This document shows, one piece after another, positions 49,301-62,449 of a stretch of 64,000 bases of DNA. Every line of letters begins with the position of its first letter. Position 1 is the stretch's first letter. Both the position numbers and the translations under genes were made by a program. The notes under the pieces are model-generated. The model was not told where the DNA came from and did no database searches. It was given only the letters and a program-made list of their open reading frames with translations. Source of the DNA: Camelus dromedarius (taxonomy: Eukaryota); contig NC_087437.1 of NCBI RefSeq assembly GCF_036321535.1, positions 33,730,001-33,794,000 on the forward strand. Reading direction: 5' to 3'.

Positions 49301-51299
49301 TTTTATGCTGACACTCAACTTTTATTCTGTTCTTTCCCCATCATCCTCCTTTCATCCACTCCGAGCTTAAATGTGCACCTTCTCCCACTCTTCCCCCCGC
49401 CCCACACATGCACCCACCCCAAACCTCTCTCTGTTAAAATCTCCTCCCAAAGTTCTCTTCCCACGTCCTTGGGTCAGTTGGTTTCATGGGCCACATCAGC
49501 CTCAGAAAGCCTGATACCCTGACCTGAATCAAGATCAAGGGGGCTGGGCCACTGGCTGGATGGCATTGGTTGGCATTCCATTACCCATAATGGGAAAGAG
49601 ATGGATCACCACAGGGCTAAATCTGACATGTTCCCACACATGACTCCTTAGCCCACAGTGTAATTTGGCCCTGCTCCTGGGAAGAAGAGAGAATCCACAG
49701 GTGAAAAGTGGAAACCTAAATAAAAGTCCTCACCAGACACTCCAGCTTCTATTAAATAATTTTTCTGTGTGCACACAACAATTTCTATATTCGGAGCAGA
49801 TCACCATATTTAGACTAGCTACTGAACACTCCGATGTCAGGTGTCAGAGTCAATTAAAATTCAGAAACTAAATATTGCTGTTCACCAGTTGAGTCTTAGT
49901 ACCCACCTCCATGTCCATCTCTGCTATTGTTACAGGTATGGATGCCAAACACTGCATTTCAGTGTATGAATGATGGAAAAACTATAGAAGTAAAGGGAAG
50001 TCCATATGAGTGAAAATGGTAGTAACTTCAGGGCATATCAATTCTTCATTACATGAGTACGACTTTTATTAATAGAAAATCACTTTCTTCCCTCCTTAAC
50101 TAAATAAATTTTAGGTTGAATAAATTGAATAAATATTGAATAAATATTAGGTTGAAGGAAGACCAAATCACTAGTCAGGGTGGCGGCCCAAGGTGTAATT
50201 AGAAACCAGGCTGGAAGTAAGGATGTGATACGGGAGTGATTGAAAAAACCACCTTCTTTTGCTGGCTTCCACCTACTTTCCTGGTCTTCTAGGCTGGTGG
50301 CCACTCCCAAGTCATCTGAGGTCACAGCAACTTTGCCTTCCGCCAACTCTCCCTCCCCAACACTTGGTCTTTTGTATGTATGCTCAAGTCCAGGCTTGAG
50401 AGAGAGCTGCTGAAGGAGCAGGCGTTGGCTGGACCACCATCTTGGACCTGGCGCCATCACCCTTCTCCCGCCCCTTCCTCCTTCCAGGTTGGGGTGTCAG
50501 GCTATTTTCCTACTCCCACATCCTCTCCCACCACCAGCCATCCTGCTACCTGGGAATATTCATCTCCTTTCCCCAATCAGGTAGCTGCTTCCCCAAGGTG
50601 TGCATGAGCAGATTCACCCTTGGGTTTCACTTTGAACTCCTCTCTCCTCTGTGTCCTTGGAGTGCTGCCATGGATGCCCACCATGGAAGGAAGAGTAAGG
50701 AATTGGCAGCAGACATTAACAGAAACCCATTACCTGCTTTCTCAAACACACCCAGCCCACAGAGGGGACAGAACCCCACACTGCCCCTCCACCTGTGCAC
50801 CCGACAGAGGGGCCCTTCCTGCCTGTGTCCCTTCCTCATACGGGCACTGCCCTGCCCAGAATATTATCAGATTCTGCTCACAAGAAGCCAGGAGGTTGAA
50901 ATCCATATGCAAAGAATCTTGAGTACCCTTCTGTGTCACTCAGGGAGCAGTGGCTTTCAACAGGGTCACAACAGCCACATTTTTGCTTCTGAAAATCCCA
51001 GAAATAAAACCCTCTCCTGACAGCTCACTGCCCTCAGGCAGAGCCTCACCAAAACTGAACCTATTTACCGGTTTGTGGTATGTCGTACTTGGATTTACCT
51101 CAAGAGACCCTAAAAGATTTCAAAATGATATTATACCGAAGTTGATAGTTTTAAATTAATAAAGCCTTTAAGGAATAATTTTTAACTAACACTCATGAGA
51201 ATCAGACACTGCTTGTAATGATAAATTATCATTTAAAATGCAAAGTGTGCAGACATACTCGGGAATAACCACATTAATTACTCACTGCAGCCAGTAAGA

Positions 51300-51660
51300 T
51301 GTTTCCTGGAGGTGCTTCCTGCAGTCTCCACCACCTGGGATGCCCTTCTGCTTTCTCCCTGATAATGCAAGTCCACCATTCCCTTCAAGACCCAGCTTAA
51401 ATCTTATTTTTTATGAGACGCCTTCTCTTTCCAGCCCCGCACACCTCCATTAAAGTTGCTTCATACTTGGTTAAGTTCTTTTTGGGTTAATACTATCTCT
51501 TCTTTGTTTTCTTTGTGGAGCTTAGTAAGACAGCACGCATACATACAAAAGACCAGCACCCCATAGAATACAAGATACAGCACCCACCAAAACTGATGGG
51601 TCAATGGGTAATGAGTAAGGAAGTCAAGTTATCAATTAATCAACCAATGCATAAGTATAT
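51300..51660 (+). mobile_element. L2 3' fragment
   Basis: 'cctgggatgcccttct...ccttcaagacccagcttaaat'. Confidence 0.55.
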
Positions 51661-53039
51661 AAATTTGGAAACTTGGTCCAGAAAGTCATACACTGAGGCT
51701 TAAGATTACCAAACAGTATTGCCCTTGCCTAAAAGTACAGATGCGGGTGTGGAATGATAGGGTTTGAGTTTAGGCTGTGTTTGGCCATTTAACCAAACAT
51801 TAGACAAGTTACTTTACATGTCTTGGAAATCATTTTCCTCATTTTTGTTAAGCACAATACCAAATCAAATGAGAGAACGAATAAGCAAAGGCCTCATAAG
51901 TGATGTAAATGTGGGTAATCACGAATATTATTTAAATAAAGAAGAAGGAAATTAAGCACAGGAAAAAAATCTGTACAGTAAACTGGGTCAATGTAGAGAC
52001 TCTGAAATATGCACTTAAAAATATACTATTTGAACCAAACAAAGGTATTGTTTTTCCTTAATATCCAGCATGTTTGTAGCTCTAGCTTATTATTTCGTAA
52101 TTGATAGCAGAGGTATAAATGGCTTGGGGATAGTTGTATATTCACATTATTGCCATGCTGTGGAGTAGCATAATCAAGGGGAAACAGAAAATTTTTTGTC
52201 AGAGATTCCTTTCTGTAGGAAAGATGCTGCTTTTTTTCTAAGTACCTTTTAGCTGTTGACTATTTTATAATCATTGACATAAATATAAAAATGGTAAACA
52301 ATGTTTACTGTTTGCACACAAGTGAGTCTGAATTGGGGGCTTTTATTGCCAGTCATCCCCAGTGCAATTTCAAGAATGTAATAGGCAATCAGACAGTGAT
52401 TTATCTGACCCATTATTGAGAAAGAACGAAGAAAAATTTAAACATCATTTGGCTCACTCATGTGCACATTGCAAATGCAAAACAGTGAATTATCTGAGCT
52501 TTGTCATGATTTTCTATGCTATAAACATATTTCGTATTTGAAAATTTGCTTTTATTGCGGCCCTTAATTTTTCTTTGTTCAATCATAGGAATAAATACCA
52601 AAGCAAAGTAAGTGTAATGGGGTTTCATAAAGAAAAGGTAGCTAAACGTCAAGCCAATGGCTGCACTGGAAAAATAATTCTCTAGGCTTTCTTAGGGTGA
52701 GATGTACTCTTAGGGTGAGATGACTGAATTCCAGCTAGGGTAATTACTTCAGTCTACACTGCCTGCAGGGAACGCTTCCTGTGATCTGGGCTGACCACTG
52801 GACTGTCACATCCCCAGAACCACTGGTTAGTGATCTGCTAAGCAGCTCCCACATGGTTACATTCAAGTGAAGATGAAGCAGGCTTATGCACTGAGTGAGT
52901 TCTAAGTCCCCGAACAAACTCCAAATCACAAAATGTACTTTTAATCATTTTTTTCTGACCAACAATTGTTATGAAGTTCATTTGAAAAAACAACACAGTA
53001 TTACACCATGAAAAAAATAAAAGCCACAAATGAATTACT

Positions 53040-53510
53040 TTACTAGTTAGTTCAGTAGCTAATCAGCAGTTGCTTTTGTGCCTGCTCATGATTCATAGCC
53101 TGATGAGCAAGATGGACATCTCCAAATAATGGCACAAACAAATGTATACACTACACACCCAAAAACTGATGCAAAAAAGAAGAGCAGAATTCAGTGAGAG
53201 CACATGGCTGAGCAAGCTGACCAAGGCTGGAGGGTCAGAGGAAGCTTGAGTTGAGACCATAGGGTGGAGAGGATGGAGGACAGGGACAGGGAACAGCAGG
53301 TGTAAAATCTCCCCAGTGAGTGAGAACACAGTGCATTGAAAGAAGCAGAGGAAGGCTCTGGGCAGAGGTGAAGGCGAGGTGAGGAGCTGGGTAGGAGCGG
53401 ACCATCGGAAGCCTTGTAAGATTAACGCTGTTCCTGGGTTTTACCCCTGAGTTTTAATGGGAAAGATGACTATGATAACAAATCCATGATAAGATCAATT
53501 TTGTAGAATT
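53040..53510 (-). mobile_element. L2 fragment
   Basis: 'ggagggtcagaggaagctt..agttgagacc...gaccatcggaagccttgtaag'. Confidence 0.6.
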
Positions 53511-53609
53511 CAGATAATTCATTTCATATCACCATATTTTATTACTTTTATTTTTAATACTTAAAGCTTACTAATATTTAAGTAATTAAATACTAGACAT
53601 TTATTTAAA

Positions 53610-53810
53610 TGATTATTGACTAATTAATGACTGGGCACTACATTGGGCACTTTAATACATCATTTAGTTTTCTTCTCAGGGCAGCCCATGAGGCAGACAT
53701 TTTCCAGTTTGGGTAGTGAGGACACAGACTTCGTAACCTGCCCAAGGTTCAGGAGCGATATGTGGCAGAGGAATAATTCACACTGTAGCCAGCCTGACTG
53801 CAGAGCCTTT
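53610..53810 (-). mobile_element. MIR SINE
   Basis: 'gggcactttaatacatcatt...cagcccatgaggcag...gtaacctgcccaaggt'. Confidence 0.7.
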
Positions 53811-54070
53811 TTATTGATCAGCCTGCCCACACTTGTTCTCTGGCCCTGAGTACTGAAGTAGTGTGTGGAACTACAATTTGGTCATAATTCCAAAGAAACA
53901 TTGAAGAGTATCCCTTCGAATTAGTGTTGGGCTGTTAATGCTGCAGTTTTAATCTTATGGTTTTCAGTGGGCGTAGTCAAGGCCAATTAAACTGTACCCC
54001 TAATTCTGGCGTTTTCTAGGAGGTAACTTTTAGTGTTAGTATCTTATATAAGTCAAGAACTGGCCAGAGA

Positions 54071-54168
54071 TATATGTATGTCAAACCACCATGATGTACA
54101 TTGAAGCTGCACTTTAAATAATCTCACAATTTTATTTGTCAGTTATACCTCAGTAAAGATGAAAAAAG
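54071..54168 (+). mobile_element. Very short L1 3' end with TSD
   Basis: 'caattttatttgtcagttatacctcagtaaag..aaaaa'; TSD-like agaactggccagaga (54056-54070) / agaattggccaaaga (54169-54183). Confidence 0.7.
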
Positions 54169-54941
54169 AGAATTGGCCAAAGAAAATAGATTTGTAACAA
54201 AACCCTGCAATTAGCAATACTGCTAAATAAACCTAGATTTGGAAAGTCCAAACTTAGTTTCATGCACAGAAGCCAACCCTGACCCTCTCTATGACTGCAA
54301 ATGGTTTGGCCCTCTTCATTCTTTGGCTATCATATTGGACAAACAAATAGACAAAACACTTCCATCATCATAGAGACTTCAGCTGGACACCACTGGTCTA
54401 GAGCCGGGCTCAAACTACTGAGCCTTTTACAGTGTTTTATTCAGGCCAATCCCCTCTCCACATCTATGCCATTTTCCTCCTAATTAGCTCATCCCCCAGC
54501 ACCACAGCAGTCTACGTGACTCCCCCAGAAGCAAGTAGGGGCTTCGGGAGAAACGCAGCAGCAAGCTGGCAGACTTGACTTTCACCGCAAGTTACTTGTT
54601 TTCTCATGATCTGGGCTTTTAATAGACAGCAGCCAATCAACCTTTGAAACCTCCCTTTAATTCACAGCTTTCTGCTTCTTGATGCTATCCATGCTCTTCC
54701 CAACTTCTACCATCAACCTGTAAGGCAAACACCAAGATGCCCTGGACACCCCTACACCCCCAAGCAGCAAACAGAGGGACAGTGAGCAATCCCAGCTCTG
54801 ACTGCCTACCTGTATCCCAATCACAAGAGAGAAAATGGAAACAGGGAAAGCAGGATGGTAGAGAAGACACTGTCCCTCCCAGAGGCATTACCTGAGGTGC
54901 CAAGGGGGAAGGGAAGCCAGACAAACTAGGGAGGGCAGGTT

Positions 54942-55388
54942 AAGTGAAGCTGGAACCGGCTGCTACTGGCTCATGAGAGCCAATTGTTACATTTTCAGGA
55001 ATTCTGTGAGCCTGTTCTTAAACGTAACTATTATTTTAGGACAAATTATATAAACTTACCATTAAGTAAATTACATTAAAAACAAGAAATAAATGCATAT
55101 CATAGCATAATAAATACAATCATCTCTTTCTAATTATTTTGCTACATTTTACTGTCATCTGTGCTCTTGAGGTTGTTTATTCCCGTTGCACATGTGTGAC
55201 AGAAATATTCTATAGCTGTTTGTTGCTGTACATTTCTTCCCAATTTCCTTGTCCAATGATGTCATATTGGTAGTTTGAAATTGGCCATGGTGGAGCATTT
55301 ATACCACAGAAGGCAAATATTACAATTAGAGTTGTTTGGCTTTTTTTAATCCCAGGGAGCCAGTTGTTAAACATTTTCCAGAAAGCTA
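54942..55388 (+). mobile_element. MER63 (hAT-Blackjack) DNA transposon
   Basis: 'gctggaaccggctgctactggctcatgagagccaattgttacattttcaggaatt...tgaaattggccatggtgg...gagccagttgttaaacatttt'. Confidence 0.85.
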
Positions 55389-58300
55389 TACCCGTGTGCA
55401 AGCCAAAAAATAAAAAGTGCAGTATATTAGAGATGCAAGACACTGTCAAGGAACAGCAGGGGGAAAGGAATGCAGACCAAGGGGGGATGACATTTCTGCT
55501 AACTACTCGGTCTCAAAGCTGAGTGCTGATTAGAATTCACCCAATCCTCCAGGAGCACTCCCCCAAGTTAGAACTTTCCCTACACCTTGAACCAGCGTGC
55601 CTCAGTGCTCTTCAACTAGGAGACCCATCACCAGGCATCCTTATTGCCAAACCCCTTTCATTTGGGGCCTCTGCCAATTACTTGCCATTCACTACCCCAT
55701 CATTACTTAGATGTCACAGGTTATGGCTTCTATTCCAGTTATGGCTCTAAATGTTTGCTTCTCTCTAGTCTTTTCTCCCTTGTTTAACCTCATCTTTTCA
55801 GATTTTCTTTCTGAAACTAAATTCCTGCTACACGTAGACTAGTAGATACTTTGTCATGCTACACTCACTGGCCCTAGCTTAAACTCACAGTCTGATTATC
55901 CACCCTGAACCTTCCCTGTTCTGGACAGACTTCTTGAGGCCCTTTCCAGATATCTTTGCATTACAGCTACCAAATTATAAACAAGGCTTCTGTGGAAGGC
56001 AGAGGGAAACTGGCCTCGAAAAAAACAAAACACACGAACAAAACAAAACAACTTTCAATGATATCCTAGCAAAAGCTTAACTTTTATGGCTACATTTAAG
56101 TTTGCAGAAAGTATTTTTATAAAAGTAGAATGGTATTTTCAAGAGGCTTAGAAGAAATTAACTGTTACAAGTTTTAAACAATTTAGTCTAGGCATAGTTA
56201 TAAACAGCGGAAATGAATGTATGTATTGTATTAAAGGCAATTCACAGAAGATTAAATTAAAAAGATGCATAAGACAGAAGCCAACAGGCACAAACTCACT
56301 TAACTCTTGACACAAATTATTAAACATCATCCTTTTCTTGTGACCTGACCTGTACACTGTCCTGGATCAAGGGAGATTAGCCACGTTGCTGGAGTGAGGA
56401 ATTAGATGTTCTTGTTCTGAAGGAAACCACCAAAGCAGAACACATCATTTACCTGTAATTTTAATGATTGTAATGAGAAGCCCTTGGACTTTATAAGGAA
56501 AATCATGTAACATAAGAAGCCACTATTTTAAACAAGATAATCCAAGCATTAGCCAAGATTGTTGAGAAAGGGAGGGAAATTCTAGGAAACAGCCATAAAT
56601 AATTCATTACAACAAATAATTCAAAAACAGTTGCCATAACAAACATAACACAACATTTGTTGATGAGAAAGTAATATTGGACCTAAAGCTTTATTATTTT
56701 TCCCCATTGGTAATATAAGCATTGACTTTTATCCCTCTTGTTATTTTCCTTAGTTATAAATTGTTTGTAAAATAATAAATTAGCTAAATAAAAAGATATT
56801 TCAGTGCAGTCTTTCAAGTTCTTTGTATAGAACTAGGACTTGGGGAATTTTTAAGGGACAACTTTTTGTTTCTAAACACTTAACACCTCCTTTTGTGTGA
56901 CAGCAGCAATAATTTACTGTACATAATACCTTGCATTAGCCAAGAAGCTAAAGAAATATTTCATAGCTTCAACCTTGACATTGTGAAAGCAGTCATAAAA
57001 AGATAAAAGGGGCATTGCAGTAGCCTTACATACTTAACTTTCAGAAAGCATTGAGTCTGTACCTGCCAGGCGATGCTGTTATCTTTAAATATTGGTTTGC
57101 ACCATAACATTGAAAACAACCATTATGTATAACTGCCTACAGTTTTATTCATTGACTAGATTATTAAATAAAAAGTCAAAATTATTTTTATTCTTGTTGA
57201 GGTCCCTTTGCCTAACTTGCAATGGCTTCCAAAGAACAGATATTTGATGCTTTATAGTGTATTTGTCCTCATTTTAAAATAATCCCTTGCACACATGCTA
57301 TCTATGCCTCTATAAGAATGTGCTTTATCCAAACAAAGTAACTTCATGGACACGGCCCCCAATTGCCTTCAGTCTCGTATATTCGGTAACACTCTCTCCC
57401 CTTCCTCCGTGGGTGGTTATACAAGTGCACGTATGCTCCCTCCAAACGGTATATAGCCCTGCAGATACCTGATACTAAGAATATCCTTGAGTTTAAGCTT
57501 CAAGATAAAAATCACTGCCCTATAATGCAATATTGATCCATAAAGATAATATATAATAAAATACAGTGCCCATTGGAAATTAAAATTTATGTGAGTCTAT
57601 ACTCTAAAGGGAACGTTTTCCCCACCTTTTTTGGTAGTCAATAACACTAATCAATTTTTCAAAGATCAGCAATTAGCTTTGTGTTATTATTTTTTATTTA
57701 TAACATTCTTTGTTTCAAATGGGATTTAGAAGGCATGCAAAGATGTGTACAGGGCAACAATAATACTAGAACAAAAATAAAGTAAGTTAACAATAAGAAA
57801 AGGGGGAAATAAAAGTAAGAGAAAATACATATGGCATAATCAATCTAATACATCAGAGTTTAATAATCTGGAATGGACTTGAGATGGAGTTAAGGAAAGG
57901 TCAGGGATGGGATGGGTAATGAGCCACCGAATATTTGTGCAAAATGGGGTAGGTATGTTTGGTGCCCTTTTTCTGTCTTATCCCCCTTCATAAATCTTCT
58001 CTACAATGGCAGATTCTTGAGGCCAGATACACAGACCTTAGAATCTAAGGAATGTCTATACTATGTCCTAAAACCATGTAAGAATGACTCAGTAAGGATG
58101 CAACAGAATTTCACTTTCCATTCTGGCGTCTTCTCTTTTCTTTTGTACGTTCTTTTCTCCTCTGGATGCTTTCCCTCGTTTTACTTAATCATTACCAAAT
58201 GAACTGGATAATGAAAGAGAAAAAACCTACTACTATCACAGTGCATACACTACACCAGAGAGGAGACAGGAAAAATACGTTTACTATAAATCTTACAGTG

Positions 58301-61300
58301 AAACATCTGAAGAGATGATTCTTCTCCAGGACACCCTGCCATTTCATATTATTCTAAAGAGATAAGCATTTCTTTAAAATTAGGAAGGACCCGTAGATCT
58401 CTACTCTCTCTTTAAATTCAAAAGCCTAATTAAAAAAAATACATAAATATATATACACATCCATATATTTTTTTAGCCTTCCTGTCTCTTCTCTCCTTTC
58501 CCCATCAGAACTTCTAAGATATAGTAATCAAACACTATTTCAAAGAAGGAATTCTTAACAGTAGCATATTCACTGGCTTTCCTCCTGTCACCTCTAGCTT
58601 TTCCATTTCTTAACTATTAATGGTGTCAGTGCTATAAAATGAGGTATGAGGTATTTTTCAAAAGAGCAAAAAAAAAAAAAAAAAACGCATTTCTCTCCAA
58701 GAATTGTCAGTGCCTTGGCTATTTTTCCTTCCCATCATCTTAGGAATGCATGAGAAGTCCTCTTACCCACAGGAATTTCCCTACCTGCTACCTGAAATAA
58801 GGTAATTAAGGGTTAGGCTCTCCTAGGAGCACGCTGAAGGATTTTTAAACTCCCTGAAAATTGGTTTCACATTCCGTTCCCACATTTAGTCCCTCTTTTG
58901 TTTTGCCCCCTCTAGGGGGCTATCTTGAGTTCATTTCAGTGAAGTCCCTGAAATCTTGGGCCCCTCTTAAAATTACATCCTGGGGAACTGGTCGGCATCC
59001 CATTTTCAGAATCTTTTACAGGAGAAAATATCTGTATTATCTTTACCAAGGAGAGCTTTAAATGTAAGTGAATGAGCCACTTTTTCAGCGAAATAATGGG
59101 AGAGGAAGGTCAGAAATATAAAATGGTCTTTGTTGCATTGTCCGGATGTGCATGGCTTGAACCTGCAGTTTTATTTTTTTGTTTGTTTTTAATACAGTGA
59201 ATGACCAGAAGATGTATGAGCATCTTTCAGGATTGATGGAAGCAGAGTAAAGAAACTCATTAAGCGGTTTTAGCCATTTTCTGGTGTCAGCTGAATAGAT
59301 TCTCTAAGATCAAACTAAAAAAAAAAAAATTTTATTTGCTCTTAGTTCCTAAGAAAAGCTTTCCAAAGTCCTGCCAGTGGCTCCAGCTGTCTCTGCGTCT
59401 GATTTCATTGTTTTATCCCAGTCAGCCTTAAACTACTTTCTAAACTTTGCTGTTTGCCTTATACAACATAGCTTCACCCAAGGGCAGCCACTCCAGTTCC
59501 AGTTCTGAGCTTCTTCAAAATGTAGGCTTAGATTAAAAAGATAACTTTAAGCAGAGAATTGAAAAGTGAAAAAAATGTAAAAACCACTCTGTCAAACTAT
59601 TTCCATAGACCCAAAATATCTTAAAAAACTGGAAATGTGCAAATAACCATATGAGGCCATCATATCAAATTAAATAGCTGTGAGTCAGATTTCAGTGATT
59701 ATGACAAATATAATCTGAATTTCAGAGAGATACCATTTTCATTCAAAAACTGCTCAAACCTTCTTGTTACAGGTTTTATTAAGACAACTGTAATAGAGTT
59801 TCATTTGGTAAAAACTGCTATGAATTGTAGCTTTTTAAACATTTTTTGTCCTCACTTTTCCTTTTCCTCTCGTTTACATCTCCCTTCGCCCCTCTTTCCC
59901 TACATCCCTTCCACCTTTTCTCCCTTTCACATCTCTGACTACTCCAATGCATTTGCAGGATTCCATCCCAGCCTTCTTCAGAGAGGAGGAGAGGTCCACC
60001 TTTTCAGTACATCCATGGGCATAAGGTTTTAAGAAAAAGAGCCAATCATTGGTGATGGCCCAGAAATGTACTTTCTCTCCTCGGTCCTGTGAGTTTTCAC
60101 TGTAGGAACAGCTGCTACCTAGTGCACTTTTCCAGCAATGTAGCTAAAAGAGGCCAACGCATTTTAACCATCACCTGTAGAGAAGAGCAAAATTTGGAGC
60201 TGAACACTGGTGGTATGAAGAAAATATTTCCAACATATTTACAGTATACTTAGCCCTGTGTGGGTCCTTTGTCCCTGGGGAGCAGACTTTCTAAATGGCC
60301 TAGCTTATTTTCAGAAAACACAGACCGCATTTAAGTAACCTTAGCAAGACCACCATGGCGTCATTTTGGCCTCAACAATATCTCTGGTCTGGATAGTAGA
60401 AAGAAAAATTCTTTTAGTTTCTGGCAGCATGATCCACTGGGGGTTAGAAGAGAATTTTTGCCGTCAACCTTTTCTTTTACTTACATATAAGGTGCAGGTG
60501 TAGATGACTTGATGAAAAGAAAAGGGAAATATGGTCTGGGTAAACATTTACGTTTTAATTTTCTCTTAATTTCTTGAGGCCCATTATGTGTTTATCAAGG
60601 CGTGTAACAGCTTTAAGTTAACAATGCAACAATGCATCGTTAAATGTACACCAGATGTTCCTTTTCTGGCACCTATTACTGAAAGCCCTCAACTTGCCTG
60701 TCAAGGAGAGGAAAAAAATGTGTGTTCTCCTTTAATAACGAACACTAACCCATCAAAACAAGAAGCAATAACAGAAAGGCTCTGACACATTGCTTTGATA
60801 AAATACTGCCTGGAAACTCATTAGTGTAACAGGCTGCAGATGAGCCAGCATACCCCCTCCTCAGCCATCTTCTTGAGGAGCTGAGTAATAAAGACTCTCA
60901 GCAGAAGGTTAAGCCTAAGGATTGAACCGCTGATGCAGTTTCAAATGATGGGCACATGGGTTACCCTTGTGAATCACAAATAGAGAGGACTTGGGAGCTA
61001 GATAAAACCGACAGCGAAGAGTATCAGCAAGCCCATTCAGAAAACGGTAAAATGTGTTTTGGAGATCATAAACTAAAATGTTACAAAGAAAGTTGGAGCA
61101 GATGGCTACAGGGGCATAAACGTTCTAAAATGTGGAGTTTTTTTAAGGGAGCTTTTTATGGAAGATGTGCAGTTGGATCTTGGAATGGATTAAAAGTGGG
61201 GGAGTTATAACTAGTTCTTCGCTTTTTCTTGTCTGATTAATTTACCTCCCAGAGAGAAGTTACTTAAATGGGCTTTCATAGATCCACTGTAGCAAATCCT

Positions 61301-62449
61301 GTGAAAAGATGACACATTTCCCCTGTGGCTGATAGATTTATGGATATTTGTACAGATCAAATCTCAGCCTGGAAAACTGGTGGTTGGGGGGAAGGTGAAG
61401 AGGGGAAAAACGGGTAGGAATATGTACAAGTGAAACTTGTGCTGTTCTTTAATTGAACCAAATTAATTGAGACAAGTTGGCTTTCCTGTTTTGCAGGCAA
61501 TTTTAATGAATTTTAGATCGCAGATGTCTTCAAAGTAAAGTAGAATCGAAATCTCTTCAAGTGTTGAAATGTTCAATGCCACTTGCTTTCTGTGAGGGAA
61601 AACATCCTCTTTTACCCAAACTGATAAACTCGGGGTTTATTCAGGAAGAAGAAATCAGAAATAATAAAGTCAAAAGGAGCTTTAAAATTGCTTTGAAATA
61701 TGTAGAGCACACATTTCCAGGCTGAAGCTTTGCCCAGCTACAATTTATGGATAAAGTGTAGTTTTATGACGCTGTAGCATGAAAGTGTCTTCCAGGAACC
61801 TTTGGTACTAGGGGTGGAATATTTGGGATTCCATTTCTCTTCTCTAATTCTGTCCTCTTCTTTTCCCTTATAAGTGAAAACAAAGTGCATCGAAGTTCTG
61901 TTAATATTGTGTTAGTGACTTAAAGCTCTGAGCTCAGCAATGAAATGCAGAAATCCTCTGTTGGCAATATCCAAAGGTCGTCTATCCAGACTTTCAAAGT
62001 GCTATTCAGTTTGCGCCAGGTAATGCTGGGCCCTCTGTTGAAAGGAAACCAGGAACTGAGTTGGTGACAGCAGGAATCGTGCCACCCACAGGACCATTCA
62101 GCACGAGGCATGACGGGATGCTTAATGATAAGTTACGTCCTCCCACAAGGGAATTTCTGAACCTGCCATTTGAGAGCTATGCCACTGAGCTGTGATTCCT
62201 GTAATTGAGAAAATGAAGCTCTGCCTCCCACTGAGTGATCTGTTGGGTCTTTCAATATGAGATGAAAATAAAGAAATGAACATAAAGAATGCAGATTGCA
62301 GGTAAAGTTGTTTCTATAACAAAATTAATAAAAGCTACTGACCTAGGTGTTTTGGATCATTTCCAGATTCCGTTGGTTTGAAGGTAGCTGAAGGATTATT
62401 ATTCCGAGTACTAGGAATTAGGATACTAAAAGAAGGGCTTTGAAAGAAC

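Noticed and set aside
49915..49942. Acceptor immediately followed by donor-like GT (ttacag|GTATGG), possible recursive splice site
   Set aside because: Motif only, with a modest pyrimidine tract and no established host intron.
50442..51020. Longest ORF (192 aa) and overlapping ORFs
   Set aside because: The start appears to be a non-ATG codon, composition is Pro/Ser/Leu-rich with no recognisable domain, and ORFs overlap in several frames, as expected in a locally GC-richer patch.
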